Below are positions 14,237 through 27,444 of a DNA stretch of 64,000 nucleotides, piece by piece. Below the pieces are notes generated by a model. It was given only the letters and a program-made list of their open reading frames with translations, was not told where the DNA came from and searched no databases. Position numbers and translations under genes: made by a program. This stretch comes from Massalongia carnosa. Taxonomy: Eukaryota. The DNA lies in assembly GCA_965645245.1 (NCBI GenBank), contig OZ287084.1, forward strand, positions 434,001 through 498,000. The letters are read 5' to 3'. How positions within the stretch are numbered: the first letter of the stretch is position 1; each line of letters begins with the position of its first letter.

Positions 14237-15850
14237 CTAGGCAATACCGGACAGTGCGATGGTGTGATCCTCTTCCGGTCTTGTGAGGTTGGTCTTCGAA
14301 TATGATTCGACAAGTCTATACCAATGATCGAATCCAGAAGATCTAAATTGCATCCTTAACGCAAGATCATGCTCATGCGTTACAGTCATCCTCTGCTGCC
14401 GCTCACTTCTAGGAGTTTCAGCTTGGCATTTGAAGAACAATTCTCGAGGCGTATATTAAATGATCCTACGACTGAGAAACCATTCTTGAAAAATCTAGCC
14501 CCTTTATAGCAATTCACTCTCACGCACGTCTTTCAGGTATAGTTGCGAGGAACAGTGAATCGGCCGGTAGAGATAGAAGTATCCTTCTTGGATGTTCTTA
14601 GAATTTCGATATGGCAACCGCAGCAGAGACTAGAAAGGGCGTTCCAAACGAGGAGCTAGCATACCACTCGACGGTGTGCTGGTCGGTGCGAAGATCGTGA
14701 AGGATAGATTGTTGATAGTAGCGAGCCATCTGTGCGGCTTCCTTAAACCAATCTGCACCGTCGTCGCCGGACTGAATGATACAAACCGAATCAATCCCAC
14801 TAAGCTCCTGCAGCTGGGCAGTATTCATCAGATACTCCCAGAACTCCGGATGGTCCCGACAGAGCGGAAGCCTTAGTTTCTTGATCTGACTTGCATCGAA
14901 GATCTGCGCGAAGGTGTTCACCGAGAGTCCAAAGTGTTTTAGACGGAGGGTTTGCAGGCGTAAAGATAACATGCAACCATGGAAACCTATAAATATCTAC
15001 ACTTCCTTCTGGGCAGCCCCGATAAAGATGGCTTTGAAATACTTGTCCCTCTCTGCGGGCCTTGCAAATGGGACCTCGACCACCACTGGTCCGACTCTGT
15101 CTAAAGACTGCATGTCTAACTCCACAGATCTGTTACGGTTGTAGTTTGTCATCTCTAGGTCCAGATGACGTAAGGTTAAACTCCGTAGTAAGAGTCCACG
15201 CCCAAGATCAGGGAGTGCCTCGATAAACTCCGGTCTGTCAGGGATTTCCCGCAGTGTAAAACCAGCCAGGTACGAAAGTTCGCCGAGCAATTTTCCGATT
15301 CTATGAGATCTGTGACCGAATTTACCGGTAGGCTGAGCTTTCGGAGTTTCGATGTTTGGAGGGCTTTAAAAAGGGACCCGGTCCAAAAGCTCCAGTGTAT
15401 ACTGAAGATGAAACTCTGAAGCAGTGGTAAGTTTCTAATCCCATGTCTTGGTAGAAACATATGCTCCAGTTATCATGAAGCAGACGGTGGTTTTTGATGC
15501 CACAGAAAAGAGCTCGAGATAATTAAGAAACGAACAGCGCTCAAGAGCTCTTCCTCCTGGTTGCCTACCAAGTTGTCAGGTCCAAAAAAGTATTCGCCTA
15601 GCCAGCATGCATTGCACTTTGGCCTCGCACTCGGTAAGAGGGAAATAGTTTCAACGATTAGACTTATAAAACGCTTCCATCCAAAAGAGGAGCTGTACGT
15701 AGGAGCTGGGGTTGCACCATCAAAGTCGAAGGATATTTCACGAAACCTTCGTTTCGAGAGACAGGCACAATGCCCTTTTGACGTAAGAGCAAGATTTAGG
15801 TAATCCCGACCATCATCAATCTATCATGATGAGCATCAGTTGTTTTAACC
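14237..15850 (-). pseudogene. Decayed F-box/leucine-rich-repeat-like gene
   Basis: Consecutive minus-strand fragments in shifting frames: DYLNLALTSK near 15.8 kb, then LRR-like LRKLSLP, LRSLTLRHLDL, LQTLRLKH, IKKLRLP. Broken by frameshifts and stops. Confidence 0.4.
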
Positions 15851-16420
15851 ATACTGTGTGTTTGATTCTTCTTTCATTTGTTCTGACATCAACAACGAAA
15901 ATCATATTTGACCTGTTGCTAATTGGAGTGGCATGGACTGCATAGGCGCTTGTAGTGCTGCTTCCTGTATAAAGTGCAAGAAGCAGTTAATTCTGAATTA
16001 GAATTGAATGCAGAAGAATAATCATTAAATATCACAAATCCTTTCCCCCTAAACACATGTATTGAAGATTTGATGCTCACATGGGAAGTATGTTTTTGAC
16101 TCATGTGAAATATTTGGTGAGTTGCAAAAATGAATAGATATGTATATATCACGTAACATGGCTTCTCCCAACTGTCTATTGGGCTGCGCGGACGAGATAG
16201 AGCTTTGTCATTTATCTCATCCTTGAGTGTGAAATACCATAAAACTTCTCGTAGCATTAATCTCAAATCGACTTTCCATTCTTCAAATTTATAACTACCC
16301 ACTTCCCCTTCCGCAATAAAAGCTTTAGTAAAAAATAATAAGCACTACCTCGTCGGATATCCCTAGATGAAGACCGGCAATACCCCCATAAAGAGAAACT
16401 TTGTCGCCTTCTCAGGAGCT

Positions 16421-17412
16421 CTACCCCACCAGGAAAGCCAATACCGCCGCCGCCCCCAGGAGGCCACCCATCGCGCGGTACAAGGTCAATGACGACGCTC
16501 TGCCACTTGCGCCGCTAGAAGTTGTGGTTGTCTTTATTGCGCTAGAAGCGGAGGTAGAGGCGGATTGCGAAGAGGGACGAGAAGATAAATCTAAATCCAT
16601 TGAGGAGGTAACTACAACGGTAGAGGCATCTAAAAGAATACCCTCAGAAACCGACGTGAGATAAAGAGTTTTAGTGATAGTGGACGTGATTGCAACTACA
16701 GAGGTGCTTGAATGAGCGATAACGACCACGGATGCCAAAATTCCTCCAGTGACGCCCCCATCTGGAGAGATGTTCTCCTTTTGTGATTTAGCCGCATTAG
16801 CATACGCCTGCAGATTCCGTGGCCCTGATTTTGGCCTAGATTACCTTTCATGTTAGCCATCAGTTTCAGCTAAGAGCTCAAGATTAAAATGGCCCTAGAG
16901 CGATAACGGAGGTTGTGTAGCTTGGTGAGCTGGGAAACATGGGAAATATACGGATTAATCACGCCAACCTGGCCCTCCTGACAGTGTTCACGTCGAGAAC
17001 AGTAGAACCAGAGGGGATCCGTAGTGTTGATAGTCAACAAGAAGTTTTTCTTTGCCGGAGCTGCAGGGGTTGAGGACGAGACAAAGCCAGAATAGAAGGC
17101 ATTTCCAATTGGATGGCATGGACGATCAAAGCTGGACTGGACAACGGAATGATTCTATTGATTTGGATAATCGTGTTAGCGGATTCTGAAGGTATTCACT
17201 GGTGGGAAAAGAAATGATTCTGGCGGGTTTGGCCGGAGGTTTTGGGTGGCACTTACGCCATAGAACATGAAAAGAATCTTAGACCCAGGAGCAGCCGTCA
17301 CGATATCGGGTTTGAAAGTCAAGCCACCATCTCCAACGAGCACTTTGATCACGTTCGCGTGAGAAAACGTGATGGTTATCAACAAAATAACCAGGGTAGT
17401 GAAGGACTGCAT
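16421..17412 (-). CDS. Secreted, probably GPI-anchored cupredoxin-fold (extracellular serine-rich) protein
   Basis: Exons 17412-17257, 17154-16952, 16835-16421 with GT-AG introns give a continuous frame: signal peptide, GGLTFKPD, NHSVVQSSFDRPC, PLWFYCSRREHCQEGQVGVINP, Ser/Thr-rich stalk, hydrophobic C-terminus (GGLLGAAAVLAFLVG). Confidence 0.85.
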
Positions 17413-18761
17413 GGCATTGAAATTTAAAGTTATATGGAGAGGATAAGTGATGCTATTTCAATAGAGGTGTACGGGATCTTGTTCAATTTTTCCCCTGTTA
17501 GAAGGGACTTGGAACGAAAGAAGATGTATGATTGAACTGGTAGAAGGAGGTAAAGAAAACTAAGACTGCCTACTCGCGTCTATTACTATGTAGGTTATCT
17601 TTTGATTCACATCTGTCAGCCGCCAATCGGACGCTATATCGCCCTGCAAGGCGAAAAAATAGGAGTAAGTTAAGTATCTTCTTCAAGAGTTGTGCAAATC
17701 TTGTCAGAAATGTTATGTATTGTCGCTCCTGGCCAAAAAGACTGTTAAGGATTAAACAGCTACTCCAATGACAAAGCGAAGGCAGTATACGACGGTGATG
17801 GATCAGCGTACATCCTATTTGAACATGCGGACATACTGCTTCCATTTTATTCAACTTTCTAGGCAGCTATCCGCTCGACTATCCATATAGTTGAGATAAA
17901 AAGATAGAGAAGACCTGGTATTGAAGCATTGATAGCGAACATTGGCAGGGGTTTAGCCGGATCCAAAAAGGAGCAGAATTTATGTATGAAAGAGCTGATT
18001 TCTAGACTGATGTTCTGCTAGATTTTTAAATAAATAGCTAAATCGTTAGCAATATGGATAACAGGATTAATGACGGGACGTACACATCTAATACCAAGGA
18101 TAATATGCACCAGCTATCTCTATGATTTGAATTTACACAGAGAATGCCGAATGTTTCCTTATCGAGTTCCCTCGTCGGATCCTGTAGCCCGGAATAGTTG
18201 AAAGAAGGCATTCCGACATGCATGAGGAAAGAGAAATAAAAGTTAGAATAGAGCAACGCCCTAAGAACGATGGCATTTGGAAATTTCTATTGTTTATGGA
18301 AGCGTTTGCTTTTCTACCCTCGAAGAGTTTTCAAAGAAAGGAGCAATCAGTCTCGATTTTTGTTTTGCTGTCTGCATCTTCAGCTCTTTCCAAGATATTT
18401 CCTTCAATATGGTAGCAGACAGGGGAAAAATCCAAAAAAAGATGATGCCAATCTTTAGATCATAAACCAAACCTCCTGAATCAATCGAGCCTAAAAGAAC
18501 AAATAAAGTCTTGAGGTAGCTGTTGCTTTCAATCTTCCTGCCGCAAAGCTAGGTAGCTACATAATTACATAATCCACTCCGATTGGATCATCAGCCATTC
18601 TTCGAGCTCACCTCATACGAAGACACAAGAGATACCAGAGACACAAGAGACATAAAACACAGGCTTCTCCTCTCCTCCGTCACTCACCACTGACTGAACT
18701 TCATCCTTGTCTAGTCATTCTTCCTTCTTTCTCTGAGCAAACCAGCCTTCTTCCCATTACC

Positions 18762-19941
18762 ATGACGGCCATGTTCGGAGCACTTAATCGCTTCATCTCA
18801 CGCCTAGATTCGGACACCCCTTCACAAAATACGAGGAATGGACACGCTTCATTTGGGTTTCAAGTCCTACGAAACAAAAATCTGGAAATACCAATTGAGC
18901 CTTGGTATGATTTTATTGTTGGGATCAATGGACGTCAATTGGTAATGGAGATTTCGCTACTTAACTAGCTTAGAGGAGCTAACTTGATAATAGGACGACC
19001 CCGATCCCAACCTATTCGCCACTGAAGTTCGGAACTGCGCAGGATCAGGGGTAACTCTGGCGCTCTGGAGTGCCAAGGTAGTGCCCCTTCCATCGAACCG
19101 CTTTTATGTGCAATTCTCACAAGAGTCAAAGGGCCAACGGGTACGAAACCTTCATATCCCCGTTCCCACTCCATCCCCAACCCTCGGCATAACCTTCCAA
19201 TGGGCTCCTCTCTCCTCGACCGAAGACGTTTGGCACATCCTCGACGTGATTCCCGATTCTCCAGCCGATAATGCTGGCCTTCTACCTTACGGGGACTATA
19301 TTGTTGGCAGCCCCGAAGGGATCATACACGGGGAAGGCGGGCTGGGCGAGCTGGTGGAAGAATATATTTCCCGCTCACTAAGACTCTATGTTTATAACCA
19401 CGAATACGCTGTCACTCGTCTCGTAACAATTACCCCCTCTCGGGGCTGGGGTGGAAGTGGTGCGCTTGGTTGTGTGCTTGGCTATGGAGCTCTGCATCGT
19501 TTGCCGCTGCCGTTGAACGAACCACCTGCCGCCCCAGGGGAGACACTGTTTGAAACCGCGCGCTTTAGTAGTGAAGGAAGCCGGCCAACTTCCACGCAGC
19601 CGCAGGCTGGACCATCAGAAGGCTCGCATGTAGAAACTCCTTTGGTCGAGTTTTCAAGCAATCTTTTGGTTCCTGCTTCAATGACATCCCCTCCACCACC
19701 GCCTGTGTCAACAGTTTCCTCAGGACCTCCACGCTCGGGAAGAAAAGCACGTCATGCCGCGTCATCGATTCAAGCGTTCGACGATTATTTCAAGGAAGGA
19801 GAGCAGAAAAGTAAAGAGCAAGACATGGCGCCTACCGGAAAGCTAGCACCACCTCCTCCGCCGCCCAAGGGCGGTGTGGTACCTCCTCCGAAAGCTAAAA
19901 CTCCCGAACTAGACACCAAGGTGGAAGACGCGTCACCCTGA
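18762..19941 (+). CDS. GRH1: GRASP55/65 Golgi reassembly stacking protein
   Basis: Exons 18762-18941, 18994-19077, 19132-19941. MFGALNRFISRLD start, EPWYDFIVGING, WHILDV..SPA..AGLLPYGDYI, WGGSGALGCVLGYGALHRLP (tandem PDZ-like GRASP domain), Pro-rich tail. Confidence 0.93.
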
Positions 19942-20930
19942 CGGTTATATTCCTGGAAATTGCAACACCGGTTAATTTCAAGGAACTCTTGCCTTGAGCT
20001 TACAGCCCGGCTTCAAGCCATTATCGGCTGGAGCGGTTATATGCATATAGACGGAGCTGTTCAGGCCAGAAACAAACAAACATCTGGCGCTCGCTACGCC
20101 ATCTATACAGCAGTCGTTTCGTCTAACGCTATCTTCATCTACCACTCCTAGATCGTGGGGCTACGGACAGTGACCTTATCTAAAATGCCACGAACGCGAT
20201 TTAGACTCTTCATAGATATATATCGTCCATCCGAATCGTCCTCCCAATCGCATCCTATTTACTCCATCTACTTCTTCAAGTACTTTCCCCCAACCACTTC
20301 GCTCATCGAAAGTTGGGGTTGGATGGCAACTAACTGCCATCTATATTGCTTGTTGGCGAACCTGCGAGAAGCGATAAGGTCTGTCAACGCCGCGGTGAAA
20401 CCTGCCAGATGTGCAGCAGAGGGTCTTTGGTTAAACGTGATGGGTTCACCCCTTACCGAAACACCATCCGGACGGCTTCTGATTAATCCACCAAGCCACA
20501 AGAACGACCCATTGAATACCAGCTCTCTCCGTGGCGCTTCCAAACCTTCTCTCTCTCATGTCTCTCACCTTGTAATAATAGATACACACACATAGGGTAC
20601 CTATGTATACAACTCAGCCGAGTTCAGCCAAACCCCCCCCCCCAGGGTAGAATAAACACAAGGCTAAAACATCAGTCACCTTACAGCACTACTGCCTGCC
20701 GATATGTACTTTGCTAAGTCGTGATATTGCGATACTCTCGCCAAACCGCAAAAACCACCCCTTATCCTCCCCCCCTTCTTTTTTTGGGGGGGTTAGGTAT
20801 GGGTAATACTTTTTCGCACTTCCAGCTTAGCTACTCGACCCGCCTGCCCACCCATCCACCCAGCAGTGAGATATCCCGCAAGAGATATGTTGGACAGATA
20901 ATTTACATACATACATACATATCCATCACT

Positions 20931-22068
20931 TCACTCATCCTCACTCGTCTCCTCAAAATTCTTCTTCCCGCTACCTCCCACTCTCCCCTTACCAACTCTT
21001 TCCCCCTTCTCCCTCCCCTTTCGGCCCTTGCCCAAAACTTCTTCGTCCTCCTCGTCCTCCTCCCCATCTCCTTTCCCTCCCCGCTCTTCCAAACCATCAT
21101 CATCATCATCATCGCCACCACCACCAGCATCAGCCACAGGACCCCCATACTCCGGTCTCGACAGCGTCTCGCCCTTTTCCGCGAGCACGGCTTCGAGGTG
21201 TGGGAGGAGGGCGACGAGAGCGTTGAATTGGGGGATGGGAAGGGAGATTCCCTATTTTTTTGGGGCAAGGGGGAGTTAGTTTTTGGGTGGGAAGGTGGAG
21301 GGGGGTGGATGAGTGGGGATGAGAGGAGGGATAAAGGATAGACTATGCTCTGAAATCCCACGCTCTTTGCACAAGTCTTGCTTCAAAGATCTTTGATCCC
21401 GCTCCCCTAAAAACCCCCAGAGATTGAAAAATTGAGAACCACGAACCTTCTTCCCCGGCAAATACTCCCCGTCTTTTTCGTAGTACTCGCGCACATTGAT
21501 CATTTGTTTCCCGCTGAACTGGGAGATTGTCACGCGGCGCTTGTCGGAGATCTGAACGAGGGGAGGTGGATGGTTAGCGGGTTTGGAATTTATGTGTAAG
21601 GGATGACGTAAGATGAGATAACATATGGGGGGGGGCGGGAGATAGAAAGTGGGAATGGAGGAGAGGGGGAGGAGGACTAGCCAGCCAGCCAGCCAGCCAG
21701 CCAGCCAATGACAGCTTGTTTCTCCAATTTTTGGCCGCAGTTCCCCCAACGCCCCTGAATCTAATCACCTATTCCCCATTTCATGCCCAACCCCCCTAAA
21801 AAAAAACCAAAAGCGCCCCACTTACCTCCCAAAATGCCTCCCCCTTCGCATCTCTCTCTCCACCCCCAGGTACATCCCCCCCTCCTCCTCCCTTCTTCGC
21901 GCTCTTCCCTCCCTTGGCGCCAGTACTGCTCTTATCACCCTTCACCGCGCCATTTTTCTTCGCAGCGGAGGCTCTCACCCGCTTCCTTCCCGTCTCGTTG
22001 TCAGAGTAATCGTCAGGGACGACGGCGCCGCCATCAGAGTCGTAGGGTGCGGGGCGTTTTTGGGGCAT
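20931..22068 (-). CDS. SUB1: Transcriptional coactivator PC4/Sub1 (ssDNA-binding)
   Basis: Exons 22068-21826, 21551-21447, 21251-20931. Spliced product contains FWEISDKRRVTISQFSGKQMINVREYYEKDGEYLPGKKGISL (PC4 domain), an acidic tail and the end KKNFEETSEDE. Confidence 0.9.
21679..21707. repeat. (AGCC)n tetranucleotide microsatellite in SUB1 intron 1
   Basis: About 7 perfect AGCC units seen directly. Confidence 0.9.
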
Positions 22069-23183
22069 TGTCTTGGGGTGGGAGTCTGAGTTTGACGTTG
22101 GCCGAGTGGAGGGATGGGGTAGAGGTGAGAGATGATGGGTGGTTGAGCGTCAGAAAAGGGTTTTATTGATGATTCTGGTGATTTGAGAGTGGAGGGCTGG
22201 ATTATTTGCGGCCACTGCTAGATTGGTAGAATAGGGTCATGAGTAGATTATTTTAACGGCGCTTTCTCGAGTTCCTTAAAAGTAACAGGAAGGTGAGAGG
22301 TTATGCACGAGTCAGTGATTTGCGAGGTGAAAGCTATTCAATTGATGAAGAAGGGACTGAATGATTGGCGCGGTGATGAAAACGGTAAGGTTGATAATGC
22401 TCGAGCTTTGAGCTGGGTAAACGCAAAAGTATTTGAGCACGTGACGACGCGTCCCGAACTGTTTTGTCCTTTGGTTTCTTTGGAACTTTTGAACATATTC
22501 GGCTCTCTAAACCACTCACCATTCTTATTGTTAGTACCTATCTATATACATGATAGCGGCTGTGACAGCAAGAAACTTCTAAGAGGAGGCTGGATCTTCA
22601 AAAGGGGGTGAACGATAGGGGGAATCTTTCGCCTTTTAATAACATCGCTTTTGCCTTTTTGATACACATGATCCCCATTCTCACATTAAAGATGTTCAAA
22701 CCGTGATTACAGAATACAACAGGCGGAATAGTATAACTAGTCCGATCAACCGAATCTGCACATACAAAAGAACTCGGGGAAAAATGATTGACTATACCAC
22801 TACGTAGGGTCAAACTGCTCATATTTGTACCTATCCACCACCTGTTCCCAAAAATTGCGAATGTTGTGCTTCAAGTTTTTTTCAATGGTTTAAAATCGAT
22901 TCGATTTAGAAGCTTTCATTTCCATTTCACTGGCCACCCTCCCCGATGCAATTGTTCCGACTTCACGTACATTTGCCACCGTTGCAGAGTTTTACTGCCG
23001 AAGTAGATGTGACTGCATTGTCAGCTGGTTTCGGCATTCAGCTTCAGTTGCCCGTTTGTAACCAATGACATAACATAGGCCCATGGGACATACGCTTGCT
23101 TTAAGGAGATTGAGAGTAGGAGCGTATTGACTAGGCTGCCAAATCCCCGGTACGGCATATGGACCTTTTCCATAAAATATTTT

Positions 23184-23660
23184 TCAAGACGGGACCATTT
23201 CATACAGTCCGAAACCGGCAAGCTTGATGACGAAAGGCCTTCGAGAGCGAACGAAAAGGCTCTTCATTTTGATATCTCGACGCGCCACTCGTTTAAAATG
23301 TAGATATTCAAGAGCTTGAAGCCCTTGACAAAGAACTTCGATGCTCTCTTCTTCGACAATCGGTTCTTTCGATGCTGAAAAGCTAGAGTTCCCCGAGGTA
23401 CATATTCCATCACCAGCAGCGGCTTTTGCTCTATATTGAAATCCACGACGGTGCAATGTGCTTCTTTAGCATTGACTAGGATAAGAGTTCATCATCAGCG
23501 ACAGCTACGCTTACATGTAAGATCCTTCCAAGCACTTTCTTTCAACTAGCTTGATGAAAGTCTTTGGCAGTATACCTGTAAGCTTTGCTCACATCAAGGG
23601 TCTTTCACACCGTTCCGAAAGTGCCGCATTCAAGTTTATTTCTCAGGCGATAGATAGGCT
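23184..23660 (-). pseudogene. Ser/Thr protein kinase pseudogene fragment
   Basis: KLECGTFGTV*K (Gly loop with stop), PLLVMEYVPRGTL, a frameshift, then QGLQALEYLHFKRVARRDIK and IKLAGFGL. HRD is degraded to RRD and DFG to GFG. Confidence 0.8.
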
Positions 23661-26225
23661 GTTGTCAGGGAGAATTTGGTTATGCCAGCCGAGCAATGGC
23701 TTGCTGGCTTTGCATGTTTAGCCAAGTCACCGACCTTGATTCTTAATCGTTAGGCGCCAGATGGAGCAGGACTTGCCAGTAGACGCTAAGGCAGCGAATC
23801 AGGTAAGGCAGTCTTTTGATATCGTTTGGTGAAGCATCGTCCTCTTCCTGCATTAATTCGTACTAGGTTTACCCGTTTGACGGTTGGTTTGATTAGGACA
23901 ACATCGATACAATATTTGAAGATATTTATGAGGTCGAATTTGTTGTTGAGAATGTGTATGCAACACAAGTTTATGCTACTACATCGTTCTGTATGAAAAC
24001 ATGCAACTATAGATTTATAGCTTTATCAGTAATATTCAAAGCGTCTAATGACTACCACGTGGTAGAGAAAATAAATTTGTTTTTTTGAGGGACGCACTTA
24101 AAGTTTTGAAGATCCAGAGATTTCATGAAATCAGAAGTAGTCAACAGGGTCATCCCATTGAACTCCCCTCTTATCTTTTCTTTTTATTATTTATAATATT
24201 AAGATGATACTTTTTATCGATGAAGAGAGTTACAAAGTGAGTTAAAAGAAACGTAAGCTGCAAGCGAGGAAAATAATTTTTCGTTAAGTTGTTCATTAGG
24301 GAGTAAAAGCATTAGTTGAAGGCTGAGCTGTAGGTGTGACGGTAAATCTTTGTTACATATTGTATTGGCCAAGCGTTTGGTGAACCCCAGTTTTGAGAAT
24401 GTAGACTGCACGAGCAGCAATAGGTTTTCGTTCGCTGAATTGTACGATCTGCATGATTGCAGATCTTTCTAATGAAATGTGTGAGGGCGTGTGAAATCGT
24501 TGGCTCTCCTGATTAACAGAAGGTTCGTAGCCAGCACCACGTACAGGTGATTTCTTGCTGGCTAAATTAAGGTATGTATCACAATTCAGGTCTTTTCGAG
24601 ATACCTGTTGCAAACGTGTCTTATACTTGTCTTGTCGTTCTTTTTGAGTGTGTCAAATGACTTTGAACTTATGATCTCCTTCCACCACTGAGACCAAAGG
24701 TTTTAGTAGTCGCCAAAGAGAATCTAAGGGAGGTGATCCCGTTCCGGAGCCACTTCGCCAGTGTAGCTGATACTAGCTACTCTAGTGAAACGTCTTTCAT
24801 CATGGGTGTTCCTCCCTCGTCAAATGTAACGCTAGAGAGTTGACAGCTACATCCACCCATCTTTCCACCCAACAAAGCATCAGAGATTCTTTGAGCATTT
24901 CCGAATACAAATTCGTATTTAGTCCTCATCGGCCTCTTGTCAGTGGTCAATTGTGGGCAAGATTCGGACGGCACCAATGGAGAGCGCGAAGACTCTCGGC
25001 TTGACTATTTGGTGGTTTGATCTTCTCTCGATCATTTGGTAGGTAAATAATAATCTTAGTTGTGGTTTTGGCCCTAGAGGCTTTCGGCAGATGGACTAGC
25101 TCCCTCCAGTTTCAGGATAAGCTTGGAACCATGGGTGACCTGCTGAGCCTTTTCTACGATCTCACTTCACTCATCCAAGAGTTGGAGCTCGGTATTGGCG
25201 TGAAAGCTTACTAGTATTTAAGAGTGTGAATATGTTCCAATCTTTATTAAATATAAATAACGACAAAGGGTAGCGCATTACAGATTAAAAGGAGAATGAT
25301 CTCCTCTGGCCTAGTGCACTTCCAAACAAAAAAGTTTAAGGGTTGAAGAGACTTTTATATCGTCTTTCTTGTAGATCTAATGTAAACGAGCATCTTGCAC
25401 TCGCCGGGTAGTTATGCGCTACACACGAGCCAGGCGGCATTGGAGCAGACCATGTATGAAGGACCTATCAAGCTGCAATAAACCCTCGCAACCAAGAGTA
25501 ACGTGCTCAACGGCCACTTTTTCAGGTTGATTGCATGGATTCGAGTGTCATTGGAAACGGCTGAAAGATGAAGAGAAACGGTTGGAGTGGATAAAACAGC
25601 AGCTATTGATGATTCTCTCGGAATTCGTTGCTTCGTTGATTACTCGTAGAGTGCCGAAGTCTTGTCATTAAGCCAATGCTAGGGGTTGGAAGCCAACTCG
25701 TCCCGTCCGGCCGGCCCCTGGAATTGGAGAAGGCAATCAAGCGAAGATTCTCAGTTTTCTATGCCTCTGGCACGGTGAATATTATCAGTTTGAGGGTATG
25801 TTGAGAGAATGGGAGAAGGTTCAAGCTTATCTGCAATAGAATGAAGGGGATAAGAAGAAAGGAAAGTACATATGCAGGCGCAACAGTATATCCAAACCTT
25901 GGAGTAACTAACATCTAGAAGGAATATCTAGCCTATCAAAAATTGAATGCTGCCGATCCCCAAGCGATGGGTAGAATCTTAGCGGCGATAAAGGGAATGG
26001 TTTTCAGCCAACAGAGAAGAACTACCAGTATGTACGATGAAGATCCTGTGCCGATGCTCTCAGCTATCTAGTTAGTTAATCAGCCACCTCTTCCAGACTG
26101 AATTCAGCAGCCGCGATAGGCGTCAATCCGCCATCTCAACATGAAATGTAAGTTTGACGCTTATAAGCGCTGAACGACTTCATAGATGGTGTACCTTGTA
26201 CAGCGTAGAATCCCCCTTTTTTTGA

Positions 26226-26754
26226 TTCGTTAAGCGTATGCATCCTGAGGATATGACGCTGTGACTGCTATCTATGTACATAAACAACAGTCAGGAAGTG
26301 AAAACCTGACCCTCAGGGTAAAATCACTTCCTAAATTCATATTTATCGCTTCGAAATCGTTCGTCTATCACGTGGTGTATACACTCAGATCTACCGGCGT
26401 TAAGAATCCTGTAAACTTGATGAATTAGAGAGTTTATTTTCACACGTTCGACGAACGTTCTCTCTTTTTCAACGTTGAATCAGTGAAGGATTTTCGATAA
26501 GGTGAAAGGCTTCCGCCTGAGAGGTGTGATAATTTCGAATGAATGGGCTTTTTCGATGTAGTAGAAGGCTTTCATCTAGAGGGTGTGAATGAATGGGCTT
26601 TATATGCCTTCGAGGTAATGTACGATCGATAGAGACGTTGATCATTCAAACTGCCATCGAGGTGGGCTTCCGCGTTGGCTATGATCAGATATTGGCCACC
26701 TTCGAGGAGGTGTTGATAGCCTACACCACGTAGAGGTTTCTGGCCCAGCAGGCC
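26226..26754 (-). repeat. Dispersed ~500-bp repeat, copy A (inverted relative to 42964-43470)
   Basis: Reverse complement aligns by eye with 42964-43470, e.g. shared GGCTATCAACACCTCCTCG, GGTGGCCAATATCTGATCAT, ACGTTCGTCGAACGTGTG, ATAGCAGTCACAGCGTCATATCCT. Confidence 0.9.
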
Positions 26755-27444
26755 AATAGAATCCCTTGGAATAGCAGCGGAATCGCGACTCAACTACTCT
26801 TCTGACCAGAGTGCGCCATTCTAATCCGTTTCGATACAGCGCGCACATTGTTGAGGCACACAGCTCACTACCTATAAAATTCACTACACAGTTACACAAG
26901 AGAACAACCGCAATCTAGACCTGGCGAAGGAGTTTTAAAATCTCCTTGTCTCATGTTTTGATGTAGCACAGAAATGCCACCGAAGGATCGTCCACGCTGC
27001 TTTGTCTCCTAAAGTTCTCAGTAGGAAGCGTGATCGAGGATTTATCACGCACTTTCCCCATCAGAATCCAGATAATAAATATTGGGCTTACTACTTGCGG
27101 AACAGATAGCGTATGTTTGCCCCTATGTTCAATTTGAAGAGAGTCCACATAAGATAACATGTGATACACCTGTCGGTCTCGGAACGAGACCCCGTGTAAC
27201 ATTTATTCGGGTCATGCAGAACCAGTTTGCAGTCTGCATTGTCCTTCCCAACCCTTCTCCGACGACCGGCTACTATCATATGCCATAGGTATGTCCCTTA
27301 TGTTCAATATTTTGCAGCGCCACATTATACTTTTTTGATGGTTTATCAGTTATAAGGCGCTATATCCCCATGGCTAAAGAGCTACCCTACAGATAGGAAA
27401 GCACGGCTGCCTCGAAAATCTGGTATCGCAAGGCTATCAATATT

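Noticed and set aside
20721..21361. Overlapping antisense and alternative-frame ORFs here and over other genes
   Set aside because: They are shadows of real genes or products of low-complexity, stop-poor sequence.
24770..26100. Possible NACHT N-terminal-domain remnant (PIAWGS-like)
   Set aside because: Only one short motif with no supporting P-loop; too degraded to call.
26585..26735. Purifying selection on the reading frame inside the inverted repeat
   Set aside because: 7 of 15 substitutions are at third positions, too close to the neutral expectation of about 5 to claim.
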